Positions 54,244-64,000 of a DNA stretch of 64,000 nucleotides are shown here, in pieces (position 1 is the first letter of the stretch; each line of letters opens with the position of its first letter). The notes beneath the pieces are model-generated. The model did not search any database, was not told the DNA's origin, and worked only from the letters and a program-made list of their open reading frames with translations. The DNA is taken from the NCBI GenBank assembly GCA_049515535.1, contig JBEKTZ010000001.1:80599-144598 (forward strand), read 5' to 3'. Made by a program: the position numbers and the translations under genes. Origin of the DNA: Candidatus Aminicenantales bacterium. GTDB lineage: Bacteria > Acidobacteriota > Aminicenantia > Aminicenantales > UBA4085.

Positions 54244-55794
54244 TCATTTGACCGGTCCCATCCGGACTAAGGCGACACCGTGGGGCGCGACGGGGACTTC
54301 GAACCTTCCTTCGAAAACGCCGACGTCCTTCTGCCGCCACAGATCGCGGATCTTTTGCTTCCCGCTCAAACCGAGATCCGCCCACGTCGCCGCGACGGCC
54401 TTGGTCGCCGGGCCGCGGTTGAACAATCCGACCGCGAGCGAGCCGTCTTCCATCGGCCGCGCCCAGACTTCGAGATCCCCGTTTTTGGCCGCGCGCCGGC
54501 CGGGCCGGCCGAGGGGATCCTGGTCGACATCGATGACCTCGTCATTGGTGAGCAGGCCCAGCGTGAAATCGTCGAGCCGGGTGATGTCGCCGCTGAAGAT
54601 CAAGGGGGCCGCCACGAGGCACCATAAGGAAACGTGCGTGTACTGCTCGTCCGGGGTGAGCGGCGTGGGCGCGGTCCCGCCCTTCCAATTGCTCAAGTAG
54701 CCAAGGAGCAGGTAATCCGGGTCATTCCACGCTCCCGGCCGGCCGTATTTATGGAGCTCGTTCTTGGCGTAAACGTCGAAGCCGTCGCGGAAGAGGGCCT
54801 CGCCGATCTTTTCGAACGTGCCGCCCAGATCGTCGGCCGTCCGCCAACTGTTTCCGCCGACGTCCCTCCCCCACTCCCAGACGTTGCCCGTCCCATACTG
54901 GCAGAGATTGAGGACGATGTCGCGCGGCTGCTTCTTCAGAATTGCGCTGATCAGGCGATACGGTTTTTGGAGCTCTTCACGGCTCTTGTCTTTGGCGACG
55001 GAGCTGTATGAGCACCAATCATATTTGAGAAAATCGAAGCCCCACGCGACGAAGCGCTCGACATCCTGCCGTTCATGCCCGTAGGCGCCGACATGACCCG
55101 CGCATGTTGTCGGTCCGGGAGACGTGTAGATCCCGGCTTTGAGGCCTTTATCGTGAATAAAATCCGTCAGCGCTTTCATGTCGGGGAACCGCGGATTGGC
55201 GTTGACCCGGCCATCGGCATTTCGCTCCTCGCCCAGGAGCGTCGGATCCTTCGCGCCCGGCCTGACGGCCCAGCAGTCGTCGATATTCACGTACATATAG
55301 CCGTGGTCGATCATGCCGCTCGCGACCATCGCCTCAGCCGCCTCGCGCATGATCCGGTCCGTGACGTGGTTCTCCCAAACATACCAGCTGTTCCAGCCCA
55401 TTTGCGGCGTGAGAGAGAGCGTATCGCCGCAGACGATCTTGAATTTGCGCTCGGCCTTGCCGCGCTTGTTCTCGGCCCTGAACGTGACGACGTATTCGCT
55501 CTTATCCTTGATCCGGCCGGTGATCCGTCCGGAGAGAGGATCGACCCGGAGCCCCGCGGGCAGCTTGTCGACGGAGAACGTCATCGGCCTCTCGCCCGTC
55601 GCCGGAATCGCGAAAAGAAAAGGCGAACCGGGACGGACGCCGAAGATCCGGGCGCCGTTGAGGCGCGGCTCCGGCCCCGGCTTGGGGGTGAGTCTGACGG
55701 GAGATTCGGTCAAGGCCAAAGCGACGCCGGTGAAGGCGGAAATCCAAAATAAGAATGTCATCAGGCGCTTTGTCCCTATTCTGAGACGGCTCAT
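54244..55794 (-). CDS. glycoside hydrolase family 27 alpha-galactosidase-like, secreted
   Basis: Signal peptide. GH27 motif TPQMGWNSW. Catalytic-region DDCW. C-terminal beta-sandwich. Confidence 0.8.
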   Translation of the reverse strand: MSRLRIGTKRLMTFLFWISAFTGVALALTESPVRLTPKPGPEPRLNGARIFGVRPGSPFLFAIPATGERPMTFSVDKLPAGLRVDPLSGRITGRIKDKSEYVVTFRAENKRGKAERKFKIVCGDTLSLTPQMGWNSWYVWENHVTDRIMREAAEAMVASGMIDHGYMYVNIDDCWAVRPGAKDPTLLGEERNADGRVNANPRFPDMKALTDFIHDKGLKAGIYTSPGPTTCAGHVGAYGHERQDVERFVAWGFDFLKYDWCSYSSVAKDKSREELQKPYRLISAILKKQPRDIVLNLCQYGTGNVWEWGRDVGGNSWRTADDLGGTFEKIGEALFRDGFDVYAKNELHKYGRPGAWNDPDYLLLGYLSNWKGGTAPTPLTPDEQYTHVSLWCLVAAPLIFSGDITRLDDFTLGLLTNDEVIDVDQDPLGRPGRRAAKNGDLEVWARPMEDGSLAVGLFNRGPATKAVAATWADLGLSGKQKIRDLWRQKDVGVFEGRFEVPVAPHGVALVRMGPVK

Positions 55795-55860
55795 TTTATC
55801 CTCCTGTGATGGAAAAACATCCGCCTTCTCCTTTCTCGGAAAAGAGGAAGCGGGAAGATT

Positions 55861-56979
55861 TCACGAATAAACGCATTCCCCGGCTGCGCCGGCCATGGTC
55901 CGGAGATTATCCACCGGCGTCTCGAAAAAATGGTCGGACGCCGAGCAGATATATCCGCCCTCCCGGCCGACGGTTTCAAAGAGCTTGAACACGGCCCGCC
56001 GGATCTCGCTCGGCGATCCCAGCGTCAGCGTATTGAACTGGTCGATCCCGCCGATCAAGGCCAGCCGACGGCCGACTTTCCGCCGGAATTCCCACGGTTC
56101 CTGATTGCCGCCGATGCTGATCGGCGCGAGCGTTTCGGAGACATCGGCGCCGTTCCCGACGATCATGTCCTCGATGCCCAGCGTGCCGCCGCACGTGTGA
56201 TACGTGATCTTGAAGCCGAAGGCGTGGAGAGCCTCGTGCATGACCCGGTCGTACGGCAGGCAGAACTCCGCGTGCAGCTTCGGCGAAATGAGCGTCGAGG
56301 ACGCCGATCCTCCTCCCGTTTCGACCAGGTCGAACTTCGCGCCTTTCATCGATTCGATGAACCGCAATTTTTTTTCGAGCAAAATTCCCAGGAATTCATG
56401 GACCCAGCCCGGCTTATCGAACACGGCCAGGAGCAGCTCATTGATGTCGTAGAGGCAGGCGGCGTGCTGCCAACAGCCAGCCTGGTCGCCCCAGACGAAT
56501 CCTCGCAAAATGCCCCGATCGCCGACATCGTCATAAGCTCTGGCGACGGAGTTGAGATCCAGGCGCGGGACGGGCATGTATTTTTCGACGAGCCGGATGT
56601 CCTCGTCGCGTTTGACGAGGTACTCCGAGATCCATGTCGTTTTGCGGTCGCCCTCGGTTTTATAGGTCAACGCGCCCTCGGGCGTATGGATCGTATGATG
56701 GACGACGCGATGGTCGGGATCGCCGCTGATGACCTCGGCGTCGTCCTTCCAGGCCGACGTGTTCAATTTCGTGAAATCGGCGTCCGTGAGCCAGAATTGG
56801 GCCATGGACTCGAAATACTGGATCTGGGCGTCCATGCCGACCATCTGAAAAGCTTCGATATCGCTCATGCCGTTCATATAGGTCTCGAGATGAAATTTCT
56901 GCCATTGATGAACAGACACGGGAAGCCGATCGGGCTTCTCCCTGTGAACGGCCAGCATCAGGCGATCCTTGGAGGTCAC
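55861..56979 (-). CDS. uroporphyrinogen decarboxylase (URO-D) family protein (MtaA/CmuA-like)
   Basis: URO-D fold hallmarks (N-terminal RLPVSVHQW, TIM-barrel length 372 aa). Family-level call only. Confidence 0.55.
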   Translation of the reverse strand: MTSKDRLMLAVHREKPDRLPVSVHQWQKFHLETYMNGMSDIEAFQMVGMDAQIQYFESMAQFWLTDADFTKLNTSAWKDDAEVISGDPDHRVVHHTIHTPEGALTYKTEGDRKTTWISEYLVKRDEDIRLVEKYMPVPRLDLNSVARAYDDVGDRGILRGFVWGDQAGCWQHAACLYDINELLLAVFDKPGWVHEFLGILLEKKLRFIESMKGAKFDLVETGGGSASSTLISPKLHAEFCLPYDRVMHEALHAFGFKITYHTCGGTLGIEDMIVGNGADVSETLAPISIGGNQEPWEFRRKVGRRLALIGGIDQFNTLTLGSPSEIRRAVFKLFETVGREGGYICSASDHFFETPVDNLRTMAGAAGECVYS

Positions 56980-57029
56980 GGCCGCGGTCCTCTCATGGTT
57001 CGCTCCTGGCTTCAGCTTCCAGCCTCATC

Positions 57030-58573
57030 TCATTTCTTCGGCAGCGAGGCCTGGACAAACTTCACCAGGTCGGCGTGGTACTTCGCCGCCGAAGGCAAGT
57101 CAATGTAAACCATGTGGCCCGCTTCGTAATAACCCATGGAGATGTTGTTCTTCTTGATTTCGTCCGAGACCTTCAAGTGGGCAACGGTCCACTCCACGGG
57201 GAAGAAAGGGCAGGCGAAATCGTAATAGCCCATGCCCACGAAAAGATGCATGTGCGGGTTCTTGGCAAAGCCGTTCTCCAGGTTGACCACGGTGTTGTAT
57301 TCGCCCGACCAAGGAGGAGCGTTGCCCGAGACGTAATAGAGGTTGTTGTTTTTGTAATTCAGGTCATTACGGACGTAGGCTTCGAAACAGGTAAGGAAAC
57401 AGTTCTCGATGTTGGCGTTGCTGAAGTCAAAGCTCGTATTGGTGGCGCCGCCGTCGATTTGGTAGCCGGCAAAGCGCGAGTCGAGACGGGACGTCATGAG
57501 GTGCTGGTCGCGCAGCAGCTCGGTGCTGAACGGCCCGAGCGGGACGCGCAGGTCGAGGGCGTCGATGAAGGCCTTCGACAGTCCCGTGTACCGGGCCATG
57601 TCGTTCAGCACGTTGTCGCGCTGGGCTTGTGTCGCGCGGGCCCCGTCAAAGAGATACTCCAGGTACTCGCCCGAAGCGAACCGGCGGGCCTCTTCGGCCA
57701 TCTGGTCGACGGTGAGCCTTTGCAGGTCCGGGGCGAGCTTCTTGTGATAATGCGCGGTCATGATCTCGGTCGGCAGGGTGCTGAGCTGACGCTGTTCGCC
57801 CGCGCCGGCGTTGCTGTCGATGACCGCCGAGAGGAGCATCACGCCGTTGATGGGACAGTCGCGGTCGGTGAGATAGCCGGCCAGACCCGCCGCGCGCGTC
57901 GTGCCGTAGCTCTCGCCGCCGACAAAAAGCGGCGAGCCCCAGAGGTTGTATTCGTTCAGGAAGCTCCGGATGAACTCGCCGAAGGCGGCCAGGTCGTTGT
58001 CCACGCCGCCGAAGTTAGGGCCGTAGCCCGGCTTGTCCGGCCGGCTGAAGCCGGTGCCCATGGCGTCGATAAAGACCAAGTCGCCGGTATCCAGCAGGCA
58101 ATTGGGATTGTCGACGTAAGCATACGGGGGCGGCGTGGCCAGGCCGTTCGAGTTCATCTTCACCATTTTGGGGCCGAAGGCGCCCATGTGCAGCCAGATG
58201 GTGGCCGCGCCCGGTCCGCCGTTGAACAGAAACCAGACCGGCCGTTTCGACTTGTCGGTGACGCCGTTCTTGGAATAGTAAACGTAGAACAGATGCCCCT
58301 CGGTCACGCCGCTGGTGGCGTTGCGGATGGGCATGAACCCGACGTGAGCGGTATATTGGATCGTCTCGTTTTGCAGCGTGATCTGATGCTGTGTGGTGAT
58401 CGGCCGCGCCGGGTATTCGATCGCCTGCATCTCCTCCAGGCTGTAATTGAAGCGGAAGAAATTGTTGGGCGCGGCGCCGCCACCCCGGCCCTGGGCCAAG
58501 GCGCCGACGCTCATGGCCGCGATGAAGATGACGAGCCCGAAAAATTTCAGGTCATATCGTCTCTGGATTTTCA
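57030..58573 (-). CDS. peptidase S10 serine carboxypeptidase, secreted (catalytically intact)
   Basis: NGGPGAA (oxyanion region). Nucleophile motif GESYG in FVGGESYGTTRAAGLAGYL. Start at ATG 58573 after a GGAGAA RBS. Confidence 0.8.
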
Positions 58574-58599
58574 TGGCATTTCTCCTCGGTTTCGGGCGC

Positions 58600-60207
58600 C
58601 TATTGGCGTGCCGACGACACGGCCTCATTGATGAACCCGGTCAGGTCGGCCTGCAGTTTGGCCAGCGATTTCGAGTCGACGTAGGTCATCTGGCCGGACT
58701 CGAAATGACTCACCCTGATGTTGTTGGCGCGGACGTCCGGAGACACGTTCAGGTGAGCCAAGGCAAACTCGGTCGCGTAGAACGGCGCATTGAGGTCAAA
58801 AAAGTTCACGCCCACGAAAAGACGCAGGCGGGGATTGCGGACGAACGCGCCGGCCAGGCTCGCGTCGTCATTCCCGGTCGAGGTGAACGTCCCGATGCCG
58901 CCGCTCGACAAGTAAAAGGTGCCGTTGCTGTTGGTGAAAGTGAGCTCGCGCCGCAAATAGGCCTCGTAGGCTGTCAGGAAGCCGCCGGCCAGATAGCTTT
59001 GGTTGTAGTCAATCGCGGGCGCGCTGACGAAGCCGCCGAATCCGCCAAAGCCGCCGCGCCCGCCGCTCGTTCCCGGGACAAAGCCGGTGACGCGCGCATC
59101 CGAGTTCGAAAGCGCCCGGTGCTGGTCGCGCAGCAATTCTCCATTGAAGCGGTCCAGCGTAATGCGCAGATTGTTGCTTACGATAAAGGCCCTCGAAAGT
59201 CCGGTCAACCGCGATAAGCTTGCCACCACCTTGGCGCGTTCCTCGGGCGTCATGCGATCGCCCTTGTAGAGCGCATGGAGGTACTCGCGAGAGGCGAATT
59301 GCCTCGCCTGTTCCGCGATCTGTTCGGCGCTCAGCGCCGTCAACTCCGGCGCCAGCTTCTTGTGGTACCAGGCGGACAGGATTAAATTCGGCAGCAGCGT
59401 TATGTATTGTTCGTCGCCGGCAAGCGCGTCGGCGGCCGGCGTCATCGACAAAAGCACCACCCCGCGGACGGGGAGTTGGTGGTCTTGGAGATAGCCGGCC
59501 AATCCCGCCACCCGCCCCGTGGCCATGTCCTCCCCCGCCAGGAAAACGGGCGAGTTCCGGCGGTCGTAGGTGTTTAAGAAGCTGCGTACGAACTCCGCCA
59601 GCGAAGCGATGTCGGTGGCCGTATTCCAGAAGTTCGGCCCTCGGCTCGGTTGGTCGGGCCGGCTGAACGCGGTGCCCACCGGATTAACGAAAACCAGGTC
59701 GGCCTGGCCCAGTAGGGTGTTGGGATTATCCATCCAGCCATAAGGCGGGAGCCCGACGGTACCGTCGCCCATCCACTTCATCCGCTTCGGACCCAATCCG
59801 CCGAACTCCTGCCAACTGGTCGCTACGCCCGGCGCGCCGCCCAAGAAAAACAACACCGGGCGGGCGGAGGCATCGCTAACGCCATCCTTGGTATAAGAGG
59901 TGAAAAACAAATGCGCTTCCGATTGTCCCGTTGTCGCGTTGCGGAGCGGCACGTAGCCCGCCTGCGCGGTGTAGGCGAGTATTTCTCCATTGATCATGAT
60001 CTTCTGATGAGTCTCCGTCGGCTTGGCATCGGGAATCGGTATCCCTGCGGTTGCCGTCGAATCGTAGTTGTAGAAATCGGCAGCGCCTCCGCCGCCGCGC
60101 CCGCCGCGGCCGGCCTGGCTGCCGCTGCCCTGCCCCCAGGCGCTGAGCGCCAAGCCAAGAGTGATCACCAGCAGGAATTGTCCTTTACGCAGGTATCGCA
60201 TGGTCAT
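58600..60207 (-). CDS. peptidase S10 paralog with nucleophile Ser replaced (GEDMA instead of GESYG), likely pseudo-enzyme
   Basis: Aligns colinearly with the adjacent S10 gene (SPVFLAGEDMATGRVAGLAGYL vs SPLFVGGESYGTTRAAGLAGYL). Signal peptide. GGAGGG RBS. Confidence 0.75.
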   Translation of the reverse strand: MTMRYLRKGQFLLVITLGLALSAWGQGSGSQAGRGGRGGGGAADFYNYDSTATAGIPIPDAKPTETHQKIMINGEILAYTAQAGYVPLRNATTGQSEAHLFFTSYTKDGVSDASARPVLFFLGGAPGVATSWQEFGGLGPKRMKWMGDGTVGLPPYGWMDNPNTLLGQADLVFVNPVGTAFSRPDQPSRGPNFWNTATDIASLAEFVRSFLNTYDRRNSPVFLAGEDMATGRVAGLAGYLQDHQLPVRGVVLLSMTPAADALAGDEQYITLLPNLILSAWYHKKLAPELTALSAEQIAEQARQFASREYLHALYKGDRMTPEERAKVVASLSRLTGLSRAFIVSNNLRITLDRFNGELLRDQHRALSNSDARVTGFVPGTSGGRGGFGGFGGFVSAPAIDYNQSYLAGGFLTAYEAYLRRELTFTNSNGTFYLSSGGIGTFTSTGNDDASLAGAFVRNPRLRLFVGVNFFDLNAPFYATEFALAHLNVSPDVRANNIRVSHFESGQMTYVDSKSLAKLQADLTGFINEAVSSARQ

Positions 60208-60289
60208 TCCCTCCTTAGGATAAAGTTTTTTTCGGGTAACGCGACGATCCCTCCCGTTCAGATTGGAATCGGCACTACCCTTCACGAGA

Positions 60290-60720
60290 AAAGGATATTA
60301 TCAGCCGCGAATCAATGTCAAGGAACGCTCGGACTATTTGGCGAAAAAACACGCCGCCCGCGCGCCCGGCGAGCGCGTGCGCGGCTCGGCCTCCGGGTTC
60401 GCTCCCCGCCGCGTTCGCGCAGCGGGACCGTGCTCGCTCACCCCTCGGACGGTTTTTTCCGCCAATTAGTCCTCGCTAGGGATTAAGCGGTGGCGAGGAA
60501 ACCGGCTCTGGCGTCGGCTCGCTCCCTGCTTCGTTAGGCGAAGCAGGTCCGTGCCCGCTCGCCTCCTTATGGCCTCCTCACCCTCTGCCCCTTCGCTTTA
60601 AATAATAAAGCGGGTCCGTGCCCGCTCACCCCTCGGACGGTTTTTTCCGCCAAATAGTCCTCGCTGGGTGTTAGCCGGTGGCGAAATAACACGCCGCTCG
60701 CGCCCGAAATCGCCGAAGAG
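60290..60720. repeat. repeat-rich divergent intergenic region: two ~76-bp direct repeats (60427-60497, 60613-60690), a third partial copy (60541-60570) and inverted partial copies (60325-60364)
   Basis: Each unit has GTCCGtgcccgctcacccctCGGAC followed by a T6 run and CCGCCAAATAGTCCTCGCT. Read directly from the sequence. Confidence 0.45.
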
Positions 60721-60859
60721 ATCCAACGCGGAATTCCGGGAGGAAGATTGAATTAGATTTCCAATCGCTGTAATATATTCAGTAAGAGTTTTATCGCTCG
60801 CTTCCCACAGAGGGAGAGATCAAAACGACGAAGCTCTTCTTCAAGAAAAGGAGGGACTC

Positions 60860-61726
60860 ATGGTCACGAATCTCATCATCATCGCCGGCGCGATCATCTT
60901 ATTCATTTTCTTCAGCGGCATTCGGATCGTCCGGCCCACCCACCGGGGCCTGGTCGAGCGGCTCGGGAAATACCGAAGGTTCGCCCATTACGGATTCAAC
61001 TGGATCATTCCCGTCATCGACCGGATGTTCCAGATCAACATCACGGAGGTCATGGTGGACGCCCAGCCGCAGGAGATCATAACCAACGACAACTTGAACG
61101 CCCGGGTGGACGCCCAGGTCTATTTCAAGGTCAAGGACGATGAGGAGAGCGTCAAGCATTCCCAATACAGCGTCTTTAACTACCAGTGGCAGATCGTCAA
61201 TCTGGCCCGGACGACGCTGCGGAACATCATCGGCACGCTGACCCTCAAATCGGCCAACAGCGAGCGGGGCAAGATCAACTCCGAACTCCAACGGACGTTG
61301 CGGGAAGAGACCGGGAGCTGGGGCATCGAAATCGTCCGGACCGAGCTCAAGGAGATCGACCCTCCGAAAGACGTCCAGGAAACGATGAACAAGGTCGTCA
61401 AGGCCGAGAACGAGAAGATCGCGGCCATCGATTTCGCCACGGCTACGGAAACGATGGCCGACGGAGCGAGAAGAGCGGAGATCAAGAAGGCCGAGGGGAT
61501 CAGGATGGCCCGCATTCTCCAGGCCGAGGGCGAGGCCCAGGCCATCAAGCTCGTCAACGAAGCGGCCAATCAGTATTTCGTCGGGAACGCGCAGCTCCTG
61601 AGGCGGCTGGAAACGGTGGAGAAAGCGATGGCCGGGAACGCCAAGATCATCGTGCCGGGCGATGCCCAGCTGATCAATGTCATCGGCGACCTGGCCGGAG
61701 TGTTGCCGCTGCCAAAGAAAGACTGA
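60860..61726 (+). CDS. SPFH/Band-7 (stomatin/prohibitin-like) membrane protein
   Basis: N-terminal TM. SPFH core (GIRIVRPTHRGLVERLGKY...). C-terminal coiled coil. Confidence 0.85.
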   Translation: MVTNLIIIAGAIILFIFFSGIRIVRPTHRGLVERLGKYRRFAHYGFNWIIPVIDRMFQINITEVMVDAQPQEIITNDNLNARVDAQVYFKVKDDEESVKHSQYSVFNYQWQIVNLARTTLRNIIGTLTLKSANSERGKINSELQRTLREETGSWGIEIVRTELKEIDPPKDVQETMNKVVKAENEKIAAIDFATATETMADGARRAEIKKAEGIRMARILQAEGEAQAIKLVNEAANQYFVGNAQLLRRLETVEKAMAGNAKIIVPGDAQLINVIGDLAGVLPLPKKD

Positions 61727-61736
61727 TCCTTTTTCT

Positions 61737-61774
61737 CCGCTTCATTTGACAAAAGGAAGCGGGGGGATTTTTTT
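61737..61774. terminator. rho-independent terminator (CCGCTTC-12nt loop-GAAGCGG + GGGGATTTTTTT), bidirectional between convergent genes
   Basis: 7-bp GC-rich stem. T7 run. Directly after the SPFH stop and abutting the beta-lactamase-like gene end. Confidence 0.5.
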
Positions 61775-63203
61775 AGTCATGGATCGCGCTTAAGACATTC
61801 GTCAAAAATTCCGCCAAGCCCCAGCGATTATCGAAGGTCATCCCTAATCGGACGACGACGAGTTTGCGGGACGGAATCACAGCGATCATCTGGCCCTGGT
61901 AGCCTTCGGCCATGAACATGTCGGGAGGCAGCCCGGGATAGGGGCGCTTCGCCGGATCCGGCGGGTCGCTTTTGTTCAGCCAGAATTGGGCGCCATATCC
62001 ACCCCCTTTCAGCGTCGGCGTCGGCGTCGTCGCGTAAGCCACCCAGCTCTCCGGAAGGATGCGGTTCCCCTGCCAGACTCCGTCATTGAGATAGAGCAGG
62101 CCGAACCTGGCGTAATCGCGGGCCGAGGCATAAACGCCCGATCCGGTCGTGAAGGTTCCCGAAGCGTCGGATTCGATGATCGCGCTCCTCATCCCGATCC
62201 TGTTGAAGAGTTCACGGCGGGGGAAGGCCCAGTATTCATCCTGGTCGCCGATCGTCCGCCGGATGATCCTGTTGATGATCATCGTCGTCCCGGTCGAATA
62301 TTCCCATCGCGTATCGGGCGGCGCCGCGAGCGGCTTCTGGGCCGCGTAAGCGGCCATGTCGGACTTCAAAAAAAGCATCTTGTTGACGTCGGAGATCGGG
62401 TGGTCGGCGTAGGCTTCGTACCATTCGAGGCCGGAGCTCATCCGCAGAAGCTGGTCGGTCGTGATCGCTTTCCGCGGATCATTCGGACCCTGCCATTCGG
62501 GGACGGGCGCGGGCGCCCAGATATCCAGCCGGCCCCTCCCGGCGAGGATTCCGACCAGGGTACTCGTGACGCTTTTGGCCACGGACCAGCTGATGAGCCG
62601 CGTGTCCTTCGTAAAGCCCGGCGCGTAGCGCTCGGCGACGATCCGGCCGTCATAGACGACGAGAGCGGCCCGGGTCCTTTTGAGGCGTTTGGGGTCCGGC
62701 TCGGAGAAGACCTTGTCCAAGGCTGACGTGAGCCTGGCGTTGTCGATATTCCAAGGGAGAGGAAGCGCCGGCAGGAGATCTCCGGTCGGCCAAGGAACGG
62801 ATTCCGGATTAGCCGGCTCGGGCGTTGGGATATTCACGTTCCAACCGCGGACCGTTTCTTCCGCCACATCCTGAAGGAGCACGGCGCCCAACGACTCGAT
62901 AAAGATCGCTTTCCTTTTAAACAGCCCCAGGCCCCAAAGGGACACCGTCACGCTCTTTTCCCGGCGGTCGACTTTCGCTTTCAGGATTTTAAACAAGGGA
63001 TGGAAGGCCACGTCTTCGTTCAGGGCCGTAGCCTCATCGCGGCCCGAAACGAATAGCGCGGAGCAGAGCAGTTTCGCCTTGACCCCGCAGCCGATGGGAA
63101 GCTGGGGAAAGAAGTCCCGCTTCGAATAAACAAAGACGGCGGCCGCGAGCAGGAGGACGGCGACGATTCCGAGCCCGACTCTCCTTCGCTTGATATTTTT
63201 CAT
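61773..63203 (-). CDS. beta-lactamase-related serine hydrolase (class C/PBP-like esterase), membrane-anchored
   Basis: N-terminal TM. Active-site S-x-x-K in ISWSVAKSV. About 476 aa. Confidence 0.75.
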   Translation of the reverse strand: MKNIKRRRVGLGIVAVLLLAAAVFVYSKRDFFPQLPIGCGVKAKLLCSALFVSGRDEATALNEDVAFHPLFKILKAKVDRREKSVTVSLWGLGLFKRKAIFIESLGAVLLQDVAEETVRGWNVNIPTPEPANPESVPWPTGDLLPALPLPWNIDNARLTSALDKVFSEPDPKRLKRTRAALVVYDGRIVAERYAPGFTKDTRLISWSVAKSVTSTLVGILAGRGRLDIWAPAPVPEWQGPNDPRKAITTDQLLRMSSGLEWYEAYADHPISDVNKMLFLKSDMAAYAAQKPLAAPPDTRWEYSTGTTMIINRIIRRTIGDQDEYWAFPRRELFNRIGMRSAIIESDASGTFTTGSGVYASARDYARFGLLYLNDGVWQGNRILPESWVAYATTPTPTLKGGGYGAQFWLNKSDPPDPAKRPYPGLPPDMFMAEGYQGQMIAVIPSRKLVVVRLGMTFDNRWGLAEFLTNVLSAIHD

Positions 63204-63326
63204 GGATTCGCTCCCTCTCTTTCCTTTATCATTAAATAATCATTTCCTCCGCCCGATGTCAACGAAAAAACATCCTTATCGCAGTACAGTACTACGGTCA
63301 TGGAAACAGCGCGGTTTTCGCCCTCG

Positions 63327-64000
63327 TTATCCAAAAAGCACGTATAGAACGACCATCGTTATAAAAAGAACGGCGGAAACGAATCGGTAATCGAACGCGC
63401 CTCCCGTCAGCTTTCCCCTCACGGCTTCCATCGGGCTCGACCAGACGAGTTTCTCGCTTTCCGCGGTATGGATGTGAGGCTTAATCAGGGAGACGATGAC
63501 GAGAATCGCCGAACAGAGGACGAAAAGATAGAATGTGGCCAACATCGATGGAACGTTCCAGCCGGTCTTGTCCTTGAACCAGTCCAGGAAAAATACGATC
63601 AACCCGAGCCCCGAGCCGAAGGACAATGTCGCATAGGCGGCGGCCGACGACGCCTTTCGCCAAAAAACGCCCCAGATAAAAACGGCCGTGATGGGTGGAG
63701 CGATGTAACAGATGACCGACACGATGCCCTGGAAGATGCTGGGGAAATGGCTGACCAGCGGCGACCAGAGAATGGCCGCGAGCATGGCGATGAACGTGAC
63801 CAGCCGCCCGACAAAGGTCAGCCGGCGTTCGGTGGCCCGCGGTTTCCAGCGCTTGTAGAAATCGAGGGTGAAGAGCGTGGCGATCGAATTCAGCGCCCCC
63901 GAGACCGTGCTCATCAAGGCGGCCAGCAGGGCCGCCGCGACGATTCCCTTGATACCGACGGGAAGAAGCCGATTGATCAGCACGGAATAAATGTCCGCCG
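63327..64000 (-). CDS. sodium:solute symporter (SSS) family transporter, C-terminal part (gene continues beyond the window)
   Basis: Multi-TM C-terminal region with SSS-like GALNSIATLFTLDFY segment. The ORF is open at the window edge. Confidence 0.65.
   Translation of the reverse strand, partial: ADIYSVLINRLLPVGIKGIVAAALLAALMSTVSGALNSIATLFTLDFYKRWKPRATERRLTFVGRLVTFIAMLAAILWSPLVSHFPSIFQGIVSVICYIAPPITAVFIWGVFWRKASSAAAYATLSFGSGLGLIVFFLDWFKDKTGWNVPSMLATFYLFVLCSAILVIVSLIKPHIHTAESEKLVWSSPMEAVRGKLTGGAFDYRFVSAVLFITMVVLYVLFG

Noticed and set aside
1-64000. CRISPR arrays, rRNA genes, riboswitch-like leaders
   Set aside because: No regularly spaced 25-40-bp direct repeats with unique spacers and no rRNA-like stretches were seen. 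The only tandem repeats are the short clusters reported above.

Overview
This is a high-GC bacterial chromosomal segment (about 62-66% GC over most genes). The core gene content (M16 peptidase, BNR/sortilin-like protein, GH38/GH27 glycosidases, two S10 carboxypeptidases, MurJ, NagB) suggests a soil heterotroph. Taxonomy cannot be established from sequence alone. Core-like genes occupy 1-12.1 kb and 38.6-64 kb. Between them lies an approximately 26.4-kb genomic island integrated at a tRNA-Glu(CUC) gene. The intact tRNA is at 38483-38557 (minus strand). A 63-bp direct repeat of the tRNA 3' half plus flank sits at 12181-12243 next to a tyrosine integrase, giving attL and attR. The island is a composition mosaic. 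It carries a primase-helicase, AT-rich orphan genes, a decayed IS3, a KAP P-loop NTPase and a RadC/JAB gene. It also carries a 5-gene translationally coupled operon (about 11.7 kb) that looks like a BREX-related but PglZ-less defense cassette: DUF499-type ATPase, a small protein, an AlbA_2/HATPase_c_4-wHTH protein, a DUF1156-type DPPY methyltransferase, and a PLD(HKD)-SNF2 helicase. Immediately upstream is a Mrr-like nuclease and a protein with a diadenylate-cyclase (DAC/DisA_N) fold domain. All functional calls rest on motif-level reading of the ORF translations. No database searches were run. No rRNA genes or CRISPR arrays were seen.
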